Of a stretch of 64,000 nucleotides of DNA, positions 14,023 through 25,655 are shown one piece after another. The translations under genes and the position numbers were made by a program. This DNA comes from Octopus sinensis (lineage: Eukaryota): the NCBI RefSeq assembly GCF_006345805.1, contig NC_043008.1, positions 34,720,001 through 34,784,000 on the forward strand, given 5' to 3'. Position 1 is the stretch's first letter, and each line of letters starts with the position of its first letter. The notes beneath the pieces were generated by a model. That model did not search any database. It saw nothing but the letters and a program-made list of their open reading frames with translations, and had not been told where the DNA came from.

Positions 14023-14535
14023 TTTCTGTCTAACCAAATTCACTCACAGGGCTTTGGTTGGCCCAAGGCGATAGTAGAAGACACTTGTCCAAGGTGCCAT
14101 GCAGAGGGATTGAACCTGGAACCTGGTTAGGAAGCAAACTTCTTACCACATAGCCGTGCCTGCACCTATATATCATTGTTTTTTTTGGTTTTTTTATAAA
14201 ACTCAAAGTGCATCATATATGCTGGTTTCCTATGATATCATTTACATGAATATAAAAGAAACATTTCTTGTAAAGAATGGATTGTAAATTGCTTGGAAAT
14301 TATTCTTTTTTTTTTCTTTTCTTAGCATGGTATATGTAAGATATGCAGTGCAAAAGTTCCACGACTTCCTAATGTTAAATGGAATATTCCTGGAATGGAT
14401 GTCTTATAAATAACTTATGCTGAGCTGATGGTGAATTCTACACTGGATTATTGTAATGGAAACATGTAATCAGGAGGAAATCTTACCTTAAAATATCAGT
14501 GATGTGACCAATTTTGGCTTGGCTATATTTGTTCT

Positions 14536-15468
14536 ATGGAAATGGAAACACACAGAACCAACTTTGCATTCATAACAGTCAACTTCATCTTTTCTTCAAT
14601 TGGTGCTTTAATGTGTTTTATTTCACTTGTGTACAAACTTTGCAAGGGAATATCTTTACCAAAATTGTGGAAATATTCTATTTGTTTACTTGATACTTCA
14701 GCATTATTCTTTGGAATTGGTCTGGTGATGCATCTGTGTATTTTAGTACTCAATGGTACAACTCCCAAATTCCTTGTGTTGGCATCATCGAGTTTAATGT
14801 TGTTTGGATATATGGATGGTTTGTGCTCCTTTATTACATTCCAGACAATTCTATTATTTGTACAGAATCCGAGAAAGATATCCAGTACATCAAGCCATCA
14901 GCTTGGTTCCTCAATAATAGTACTTACTGGTATAAAACTTGCTTGTCTGCTCCTTTCTATTTTGCCAGTCATTCCTAAACAAGACCAACTCAAACCTTCC
15001 AGGAGCAATCTCTTCCCTCTTTATGACCCAAAAGAATCTGGGGGTACTTACACTTCTCTGTTAGTAATTTGCTTCTGGATAGTCATCGTGACCACGTTTA
15101 TTTTCAGTATTATTGGATTAGTGAAATCCCAGAAAAAAAACAGCTTGGTACATGATTCCAGTGAAGATGTCCATGTTTCTGTAATATCACAGGGACAGTT
15201 ATTACACAAAATACTCCTGGTCGAACAATGTATCTATACTATCGTAAGTATCATGATAACACGACTACTTTTTCGGCAATCCGTTTCACAGACAACCAAC
15301 AATGACCATGACACATCAATTATCACAGTTAGCATTTATCTCACACTCCATGGAATTTTCACTAACCTTGGCAATTTTCTGTGGATGAAGAAAGAATGTT
15401 GTGGAAAACCAAGTGACATTTCACAGGAATCTCGTCAACTAAAACGACTGGAACTCTTACGAACTGAG
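14536..15468 (+). CDS. 7TM-pseudokinase exon 1 (aa 1-311): seven hydrophobic segments, divergent GPCR-like domain
   Basis: ORF track 14536..15531. Hydrophobic runs at about aa 10-33, 47-72, 79-109, 125-146, 172-196, 226-246 and 262-283. NGT sequon in predicted ECL1; KECC after TM7. Donor GAG|GTAAAA at 15468/15469, phase 0. An in-frame TGA at 14500 lies upstream of the ATG. Confidence 0.85.
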
Positions 15469-15869
15469 GTAAAATATTACATTGTTTCTGTTATAGTTGT
15501 TTTTGTTATTTTTTTCTTTAATTATAATTGATGCTCCAATTATTATTGGTGCAGTTTTTAATTTCATGCCCTAATATCCTTCTTATTTCAATTTCACTGT
15601 GAATCTGTTAGACTGAATTACAATCTGGGAAAAATGAGTGGTACTTGCAATTCAAAGGACAGACCTAGTCCATTTAGTATCATTTTTCTTTTGTTTTTAA
15701 TACTTCCTGTAATGATTCACAATTCTCTTTATACCTGTTATTTCTGATAACAGAAATAGGTTGCTTTTTTTTTCTATCTTTCTTCATATTTTATAACTAT
15801 TTGCATTAGTTCCCATTTGTTATTTACAATATATATTTGTAATCCAAAGAAAAAGAAAAAGAAAAGGGA

Positions 15870-16440
15870 ATGAGATTAAGCAGCAGAAGGACGGGAAATT
15901 CCATGTTCAGTTGCACCCTGTGGACAAGACTGTGATGCTGTTGCCATGGAGAATAGCCTGCAACACTCATGGCAGTGGCCACCCCATCTTGCATGGCTTG
16001 TTTCTCAGACAGGCTGCAGTTATCCCAATTTTTTGGAGGAAATTGGCTGTGCATGGTCCAAAAACACCTTATTGGCTTGATGGTGACAGTCAGGCTCCCA
16101 TATTTGTTTGTGCTTCTCTCCTCTGCGTTATGGGCAGCAATATCTGGGTTTGTGGCTGATGCAACAAGGTTGGAGCCAGAGAACATGTTGCTGCACATCA
16201 TGTCCCAGGCTAGGGATCTACCTCCCTTGTATGGGGAAAGAGTTATTCCATCAGAGTGCTTTCCATACCTGCAGTTGAGGCCTACTGGCTCAGTTGAGAT
16301 GGGAAGCCAGTGACATCAAGGCCCCTTCTAATTATGTCATTCAGAGCAGCATATAGCTGCAGGAAAATGGCTGCAGGCTGAATTCATCAAGTACTGCTCC
16401 ACAATGGCATTTTTCCAGCACACACACTTGGAGACTGAGG
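15870..16440 (-). mobile_element. Decayed restriction-like endonuclease (RLE) region of a CRE/NeSL-type non-LTR retrotransposon
   Basis: Minus translation LNDIIRR.LDVTGFPS..EPVGL...GKHSDGITLSPYKGGRSLAWD.MC...AAHNAEERSTNKY fits the EP.GL..DGKRPDG.TL.PW..G..L.WD pattern. Confidence 0.7.
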
Positions 16441-19179
16441 TACTGGGTCACTCTGATCTTAGTGGACAAGACCTTTTGTGATTTGTGTTTGCATTATTTT
16501 TTTAGTGTGCATATTCCATAATATAGGTGTATGGCTTCCAGTACATGAAATCTATCTGGATGATAGATTATTTAATCAGTTACCTAATTAACATCATCAC
16601 AACCACCACCACCACCACCCAACTGGCCCTTGGTTACCTTTAGTGGAATGCACTCATTCACAAATATCTGAATCAGGTCTCCAGCATAAAGGTAACTTTA
16701 TTTTTTTTAGTTTCGAAAGTCATGTAAAAAGTTATGGGTACTGTCTTCCTCTTCTGACTAAAAACTTTGAATAGTTTGGTTAATATATTCTTTTTGTGAA
16801 GGCACGTGGTTAAGTGGTTAGGGTAATCAGCTCTGATTGTAAGGTCATGAGTTCAATTCCTGGCAGAGCAAGACATTTTTTGATTTCATGTTGCTCCAGT
16901 CTACTCAGTTGGCAAAAATGAGTTGTACTTGCAATTCAAAGGACAGACCTAGTCCATTTGGTATCATCTTTTTTTGTTTTATTTTTAATACTTCCTGTAA
17001 ATTCTCTTTATAGCTGTTATTTCTGATAACAGAAATAGGTTGCTTTTTTTTTCTATCTTTCTTCATATTTTATAACTATTTACATTAGTTCCCCATTTGT
17101 TATTTACAATATATATTTGTAATCCAATAGCAGATATTTTATAATAATTTTATAACTGCTGACAACCTCTGCCTCTTTGTACTTATGGGAATATGCATTA
17201 CTTCTTAGTCAGATACTGGGTGATGTCTTCCATATGCATTCATTATTTTACCTGTTTTGTTTTGACAATTCACTTGACCTCCTGTTGAAAATATAACTAT
17301 AACTTATTACGAGTGTAGCTAAACCTTCAATACACAGTATCTTAACATTCACTTTCATTTTAAGAGTAATCTACTACGTCCCTAACATCCTTTACCAATT
17401 GTTTTCTTCCATTTTTTAAAACTCCATCTACCACATTTTTCAGTATAGAAGTCACTGAAGTATATAGTGTAAACATGTAAATATCATCCCTATCTTATCA
17501 AATCCTTCTGTATTTCGCATGGAAATATTGGTCCTCCAGATTTTTGTTCTTTTGGTTGTAAATTTTGATCTGAAAAATTCAACTTGTTTACCAGAAAATA
17601 GAGTACTCTTTTACTTGTTTCAGTCATTTGACTGCAGCCATGCTGGAGCACCACCTTTAGTCGAGCAAATCGATCACAGGACTTATTCTTTGGAAGCCTA
17701 GTACTTATTCTATCAGTCTCTTTTGCTGAACTGCTGAGTTACGGGGGACGTAAACACACCACCATCGGTTGTCAAGCGATGTTGGTGGGGACAAACACAG
17801 ACACACAAACATATACACACACATACATATATACATATATACGACGGGCTTCTTTCAGTTTTCATCCACCAAATCCACTCACAAGGCTTTGGTCGGCCTG
17901 AGGCTATAGTAGAAGATACCTTCCCAAGGTGCCACGCAGTGGGAATGAACCTGAAACCATGTGGCTGGTAAGCAAGCTACCTACCACACAGCCACGAATT
18001 CATTAAATTCTAAGTATTTGTAAGAATTTAATTTTTTTTACTCCATCTCGTTCATTATTTCTCGAGTATTTGTAAGTTTGTATTTGGCCTAGATCTGTTA
18101 TCATAATTTCTGAATCTAACATGGTATTACTAATCACATTAATTCTCCACTCTTTAAAGTAGCTTTGGTTTATTTTCCCAAACTGAATTTCATGCCATTT
18201 CCCCTTATAAAATCTTTTTCATGTTTGTCATTTGCAGCACACAACTTGAGGCCATCAAGAGACCATTGATTATCTCCACTCCATAGCATTTTTATCTGCT
18301 TCCACTGTAGGTGCATGGCTTAGTGGTATTTGACTCACAATCATAAGTTTGTGAGTTTGATATCCGGTAGAGCATTGTGTCCTTGGGCAAGACACTTTAT
18401 TTCAAGTTGCTCCAGTTCACTCAGCTGGCAAAAATGAGTAGTATCTGTAAATCAAAAGGCCAGCTTTGTCACATGCTGTGTTACGCTGAATCTCCCTGAG
18501 AACTACACCAAGGGTACATATATCTGTGGAGCGCCCAGTCATATGTGCGTTAATTCCATAAGCAGGCAGTGCCATTGCTCAGATCAACAGGAACCCTTAT
18601 TGTTGTAACAAACAGTGTGTCAGTTTAACAAATTGGTTAAAGAGTATAAGTTCCAGAAAGAAAAGAAAAGAAAGAAGAGTAAGATAAAAAGAGAGAGATA
18701 GAGAGTCCTTTTGGAATATTTCCTGTGACAGAGACTAATTTTTTTCACAGATCCCTATTTTGATAAGATCTGTTTTAATGTCTTCTGTTAATCATGGCAT
18801 GTTTTATTTACCTGGTTGTTATTAATGCTACCTTACTCATAACTAATATCATGAATTTACAGGTAAAGAAGATAGTGAAAAGCCCACAGTTAATCACTAA
18901 GTAACATGCTCAGACCATTCTTTCCTTTACAACGGTTTTGAATTATGATTTTGATTTTTGTTATCAGGTATACATTTGCATGAAACTTTTCAGCATCTTT
19001 TCTGTTTTACTGGGTGTGCACCTATTTTTTATAATTAGATTGTCATTAAAGGTTTTTACATTAACAGGAAGCAGGTTATGACCAAGAAGTTTGCGAGGAT
19101 TTTGAGGAATTAGAATGTCTCCCTTTATGAAGCTAGGCTCATCCTAACAAGAAACTCTGAAAGTGAAAAACACCCAATT

Positions 19180-19640
19180 GATTCTACTGTTATCCCGTAC
19201 CCTACTAGATCTGGATTTATTCTACTGTTATCACATACTCTAGCACCAGATGTATTCTGCTGTTATCACATAGCTTAGCACCAGATGTATTCAAGTACTA
19301 TTACATACCCTCCTAGCATTGGATCTACTTTACTTTTATCATATGGATCCATTCAACTGTTATAATATAGCCCAACACCAGATTTATCCAACTGTTATGA
19401 TATACCCTAGCATGTGAAATATTTTTCTGTTATCCCACATCCTCCTAGCACTGAATCTATTCAAGTGTTATCACATACTTTCCTAGTGCTGACTGGATCT
19501 ATTCTACTGCTATCACACACCCTAGCACAAGATGGACTCTATTATTATCACATACCCTCCTAGTGTCAGATCTATTCAGCTCTTATCACATACCTTAATC
19601 TGGATCTATTCTGCTGCTCTGTGATAACCCTGCTATTGGA
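19180..19640. repeat. Degenerate ~40-bp tandem repeat (~10 copies)
   Basis: Recurrent ctactgttatcacataccctagcac...atctatt units. Confidence 0.75.
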
Positions 19641-20784
19641 ACTACTCTAGTGTTATTGAATATGCTATACTTTTTTTTTATTTGAACTTTTCATTCAATT
19701 TTCAATTTCACCTCAGATGCTTCTTATTATTTTCCATCTTCTAAATCTGTGATATGATGAAATGTATTGTATATTGAGTTTTCCATATATATTTGTGAAG
19801 TAGCCTTTAGGAGATATAAAGAATAATACCTACTGATTGGCTTTAAAAGGCTGCTACACACAGGTTTAGTCCTCCAGGTTGGATGTAGGGTTAGTAGTCT
19901 TATTGTACAAAGGATTTCTTATTCCAAAAATATTAGCAGAAAACAAAACAAACTTATTGTTTTGATACAAAGGGAGTTTCCTTGTTCCAGAGACTAACAT
20001 CATCTGAGCAAAGAAATTCATTCAAAGGAAGAAAGGTGAACTGAAACACACTCTGACCTCCAGAATAGGTGGATTGCACATGTGTTGAGTAATGAATGGC
20101 ATACAGAAGATCCAAATTTCTTGGGCACTAACAGGGCCAACAATCACATCAGAAATACTCAAGATAAGTAGGATCAAAAGAACTACAGGGCAATGGGTGA
20201 AGGAGAAGAAGGAAAAGAAGGAGGAGGAGGTTATGGTGGTGGTGGTGGTGATGATAATCCATTACCTATTTTGTATAGTATATTTCATTCTTCAGTTGTT
20301 TTAATGCCATCACCACCCAGCCCTTATTTGCTTGTAGTAGAGTCCAATGTTGCAACTACTGAGTTCAGGTCTTCTGTCTGAATTAAATCATCCTTATTCC
20401 CACATGTTCCAATGTTCTAACAAATGTCCATGAATGCTGATTCTTACAATTCTGATGAAGCTATATTATTTTATTTTTTTAATTTATTTTCCTTTTTTGT
20501 CAATATGTCTTGTAGTTGAAACTTTCTATGTTTTGATTTCAAATTCCACAGACTGCTGCTCTTCATTCTTGTTCATAAAATAAGTACCAGTCAACTACTG
20601 GGAAGCAATTTAATTGACTACTTTTGCCTTGCCCCTTTTCCACATTTATCATTTCATTAGGAAGAAATCCTTACTTTTCCATGTCTATTTATTTCTTTAA
20701 TTAATTTAATTCATTTCTCAGTTATGGCTAGAATTACAATCTAATTACAGTCAAGTGCTTTCATTAGTTTTTATATATATATAT

Positions 20785-20823
<39 letters not shown>

Positions 20824-21904
20824 GTTTAACATCTGTTTTCCATGCTGGCACAGGTTGGACAGTTTGACTGAGGTTTGGAGAGCCAGAGGCTGCACCTGGC
20901 TCCTGTATGATCTGGCAATGTTTCTACAGCTGGATGCCCTTCCTAATGCCAACCACCATGGCTTTGATCATGTATGGATAGTGCTTTTTACGTGCCACTG
21001 GCATAGCCCACATTCAGATGGTGCTTTTTCATGCCACCGGCACAAGAGCCAATCAGGCAGTCCTGGCATCGATCATGTTCAGATAGTGCTTTTTACATGC
21101 CATGGGTACAGGAGCCAGTCTGGGGGTACTGGCATCGACCACATTTGGATTATATATGTATATATATACTTCCTGCAGACTTTGTGGCATGACTACATAA
21201 CATATTACTGTACTATCACTAACTTGCACCAGAATGTAATCATACACTGATTAAATTTGGATTTTTATGAGGCATCTTTTTGAAGAAAAACCCATCTTTT
21301 AATAATTCAATTTCGAGCTAAATATATTAATAATAGATTGCTCATAAAAAGTACAACTAGACTGAGCTGCAACAAGAATTCTCATTACGTTTTCACAAGT
21401 AATTCAATGATTTACATTATTAGTGACAGAAGTAGGTTTAATTCAGAAAAGCAATCAGTATATCTTACTTAATGTGGATATAGTGTAAGAAAGCCACAAC
21501 ACTACAGTATTCATCTTGAGAAAGCGTCTCATTTAGACATATAGATATAATGTTTTTAACCACTGGTCTGTTCAGTCAGAACTAGTCTATGAACAAACAA
21601 CAATTCATACAAACTCATATTGCGTGAGTGTATGTGTGTGTGTGAGCATGTGTGTGAGTGTGTGTTTGTGTCTCCTTGGCTTGGCATCTCATGATAGTTG
21701 TAAATGATTGTCACTGTCATACATGCAGTGTCATTCATCACCAGCATATTGCAAGAACATGCCTGGCCATGGAGAAATTATGCTGCTATTTGTTATGGAT
21801 TTCATTAGAACTATTTTTATTCTTGATATGTGTCTGGAAAAGGTAAGTCCTGATTGATTGAGAGAATAGCTTATATCAGAAGATATTTCATTGTTATTTT
21901 ACAG

Positions 21905-22146
21905 CACTCTGGTAAACATCACTTCTTAGCTTCTTGGATCGACAACAAGAAATTCCTTCAAACAGGTCTAATGAAAACCTACAGTCAAAATTGGCAGAAA
22001 CTGTGGGCACAAGAAATCATGGTTCTTGGAATGTTACGAAAGGTGAAACACCCAAATCTATTGCAGTGTCTTTGGACAAGCAACACTAACCCTTATTATG
22101 AAATTGTTTCTTTACTCAGTCAAGATACAGTTTCTAGTGATTCAAG
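21905..22146 (+). CDS. 7TM-pseudokinase exon 2: kinase N-lobe (HSGKHHFLASW...GLMKTY...WAQEIMVLGMLRKVKHPNLLQCLW)
   Basis: Acceptor ttgttattttacag|CAC (phase 0), donor TCAAG|GTATTG (phase 2). Contains the beta3 Lys (21974-21976), the alphaC Glu and an HPN-like subdomain IV. Confidence 0.88.
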
Positions 22147-22214
22147 GTATTGCTGTTTTTATTATTCTACCAAATAAAATAATAATGATAATAATAATGA
22201 AATTATTGTATACA

Positions 22215-22455
22215 GTACTCAGGTGCACCACAACTTGTCAAAAGTGTGTATAAAGCATATGCAGTAATGTACAAATGTCTGGAAAGTGAACAGTGTATGA
22301 GTCAGATACATGCTTGCGTGTGTATGGAGGGGAGAAAATCAGGTGTAGTGTTGGTGAATCTCAGGAAGCATCGAAGTTTTGAAGGATGCTGTGCTCCGAC
22401 AACTAATAACTGATGCCGGCAGTTTCTTCCATACTTCAGCAACTCTTGTCATGAA
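22215..22455 (-). mobile_element. CR1/L2-type LINE 3' end
   Basis: Minus translation resembles RVAE.WxKLPASV.SC...SFKT. Same family as 50640-50860. Confidence 0.6.
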
Positions 22456-23164
22456 ATAAAAAAACCCCACCAAAGATTCAGGTACATCTATTACACACTA
22501 GCAGTCACTATATGCAACACACTACTATATACTACATACTAACACCCCAATGCAGTCATGGGTAAACTGCAAGCTGTGGGGCTCTCTGAATAGCATGCCA
22601 AATGAAACATTATGTTCAATTTATTTAGTTGTGCAGTCCACCCTGATGATGAACCATGTCTCATGTGGCCTGCTTCTCAAAAAAGGTTACCCATGCCTAA
22701 CCTAGTGCAACGGTTAATAGACTATCATTTACAATACACCACTTCCATTTACAACACTACCAACATAAATATTGCTTTCAAATTTTGGCATAAAGCCAGA
22801 AATTTCAAGGAAGGGGTTAAGTTGATTACATTGACCCAGTGCTCACAGTGCTCAACTGGTTCTTATTTTTATTGACCCTGAAAGGATGAAAAGGAAAGTT
22901 GACCTTGGCAGAAATTGAACTCAGAAAGTAAAAATTAGCAAAATACCACTTAGCATTTTTCCTGGCATGCTAACAATTCTGCTAACTCACCACCTTGTAT
23001 CAACATAAATACTACCACAATATACAACATGCTATCACTATATGAAATGTACAGGCACAGCATCAATTTTCTGCAACCTTTGGTTCCATAGTCATTCTGA
23101 ACAACTGATTTTTCCAAACCAGCAGTAGTTATACTCTAAATTGAACAAATATTAAATTTACTTA

Positions 23165-23581
23165 GGCGCAAGAGTGGCTGTGTGGAAAGTAGCTTGCTTA
23201 CCAACCACATGGTTCTGGGTTCAGTCCCACTGCGTGGCACCTTGGGCAAGTGTCTTCTACTATAGCCTCAGGCCGACCAAAGCCTTGTGAGTGGATTTGG
23301 TAGTCGGAAACCGAAAGAAGCCCGTCGTATATATGTATATATATATATGTGTGTGTGTGTATATGTTTGTGTGTCTGTGTTTGTCTCCCCCCACCCCAAC
23401 ATCGCTTGACAACCAATGCTGGTGTATTTGCATCCCCATAACTTAGAGGTTTGGCAAAATAGACCAATAGAATAAGTACTAGGCTTACAAAGAATAAGTC
23501 CCGGGGCCGATTTGCTCGACTAAAGGCAGTGCTCCAGCATGGCCGCAGTCAACTGACTGAAACAAGTAAAAGAGTAAAAGG
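23165..23581 (+). mobile_element. SINE family A copy (intron 2)
   Basis: Colinear with 301-705. Confidence 0.85.
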
Positions 23582-24538
23582 TAATTAAATGAAATACAGG
23601 TACATTATTATAAATAACACAATTTTATCAATTTAGTACCATGCAAGGTACCAGTAGACTAGTCTGGCAGCTGCAGGAATCTGAAGTTTCTGTTCATATA
23701 TTAGTGAAGATTATGAGTTTCCAGATCACCAAAATCTGAAAAGTCGGTGTTCTACCTGTACTAATATATACAAAATTCTACTACCATCTACCACAAAACA
23801 TTACCACCTAATGCAAAATATGCTACCAGTATGTACAACACTCTATTATTATGTACAGCACATTAGCACCGTGTACAACACTTTATTCCTATATATAGAT
23901 CACAACCACCACATGCATCACGCTACGTACAACACCCTACTAACAAGTACAATACAATAAAAAAAATGATAAACATCGCCCTTTTCAAGCCTAGCCAGGC
24001 TTATGGGCCTGGTTTCCAGTTTCTGTGGCGTATGTGTTCCCCCCAGCTGGACGGGACGCCAGTCCCATCGCAGCATTACTCAAGAAACAGGAAGAGAGAG
24101 TGAGAGAAAGTTGTGGCAAAAGAGTACAACAGGGGTCACCACCACACCCTGCCGGAGCCTTGTGGAGCTTTTAGGTGTTTTCGCTCAATTAATACACACA
24201 ATACCCGGTCTGGGAATCAAAACTGCAAGTTTGCTGCCCTAACCACTGGGGCATTGTGCCTCCAGAACAAGTACAATACACAACATACTCAATGTACCAC
24301 CTAATGCCATACAGTACCGCTATGAACAAATATTTTTATGTGTTGTACTTTAATGGTAGTGTGTTGTATATTGTTTATGTTAGTAGTGTATAATATGTGG
24401 TAGTAGTGTGTTGTGTGTACAGTGATAGTGGTTTGTATATCTCTACCCTCTTCATAATTTATTGATTGTATCATTATTTAAAAACATTTTTATACTATAT
24501 TAAACAAAGAATAAAATTTATTCTATTTTGCTTTTAAG

Positions 24539-24734
24539 GATTATCTGCATGGAATTTCCTGAATATGGATGTCTACGGGAATATCTTAAGAGTATGGAAA
24601 CTCCACTGTCTGCAGCAACACAGTGTATGATTATAAGCGATGTATCACAAGGTCTGCAACAGCTACACCGGCTCGACATTCTGCACAAACATCTCTCTTC
24701 AATCAGAGTTTACCTTCGAGGCAACAATGGGAAT
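24539..24734 (+). CDS. 7TM-pseudokinase exon 3: hinge and catalytic-loop region (IICMEFPEYGCLREYL...ISDVSQGLQQLHRLDILHKHLSSIRVYL)
   Basis: Acceptor ttttgcttttaag|G (phase 2, completes AGG Arg), donor AAT|GTAAGA (phase 0). Clear subdomain V-VIb pattern with HKH at 24684-24692 in place of HRD. Confidence 0.9.
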
Positions 24735-24802
24735 GTAAGATGTTTAATATTTTACAGAATTTTTTGCAAAAAAAAATGTAAATTTGTTTTATATTTGTAA
24801 GA

Positions 24803-25220
24803 CTCTTTACTCTCTCTTTACTCTTTTACTTGTTTCAGTCATATGACTGTGACCATGCTGGAGTACCACCTTTAGTCAATCGAGCAAATCGACCCCAGGA
24901 CTTATTCTTAGCCTAGTACTTATTCTATCAGTCTCTTTTGCTGAACCGCTAAGTTACAGAGACGTGAACACACTACCATCGGTTGTCAAGCAATGTTGGG
25001 GGGGACAAACACAGACACGCAAACATATACACACACATACATATATATACATATATACGACGGGCTTCTTTCAGTTTCCGTCTACCTAATCCACTCACAA
25101 GGCTTTGATCGGCCTGAGGCTATAGTAGAAGACACTTACCAAAGGTGCCACACAGTGGGACTGAACCCGGAACCACGTGGTTTGTAAGCAAGCTACTTGC
25201 CACACAGCCACTCCTACACC
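24803..25220 (-). mobile_element. SINE family A copy (intron 3)
   Basis: Reverse complement is colinear with 301-705. Confidence 0.85.
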
Positions 25221-25655
25221 TACCTCATTACTTGAAACCACTTCAATTGACTGCCATCCTTCATTCTTACATCGTCCTATTCATTCACATTTTACATTGA
25301 TTACTCCACTTTTCTATGTTATAAAATTACATCACCCTCTATCTTTCCACTGAATAAAATCAGACTATAGGAATTTAACTCAATTCCATTATAATTGCTG
25401 AAGTATTGCAGATGAAATGTTAATAGCCCTATCCAAATCTCACCCTTCCCTAGATCTTTTAGCACTAGGAGGAGTATACCTTAGTATATCACAAGCTTTG
25501 CTACTCCTATTCACACATACAAATGAAGAATACAGTGTCATTCTTGCGTTTCATATGTAAGTGTTATATATAGAGATAAAGAATTTCTGTGTGTAGACAT
25601 ACCCATAATTACCATATGATGATGATTAAGCATGAAATTATTTCTTTCATTTCAG

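Noticed and set aside
14326-14535. Possible N-terminal coding extension or ectodomain of the 7TM protein
   Set aside because: Three in-frame stops (14407, 14467, 14500) and no usable in-frame AG after the last; treated as probable 5' UTR.
15469-15531. ORF-track extensions beyond splice sites (15469-15531, 25632-25655, 28209-28262, 21854-21904, 24528-24538)
   Set aside because: These are intronic read-through next to good GT/AG sites; the spliced model keeps phase and domain order.
15911-16313. Plus-strand ORFs 15911-16159 and 15969-16313
   Set aside because: They are antisense shadows of the minus-strand RLE retrotransposon remnant.
18850-18970. Candidate extra exon in intron 1 of the 7TM gene (ttacag|gtaaag...)
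   Set aside because: In-frame stops follow, and exon 1 already joins exon 2 in phase with contiguous kinase subdomain I.
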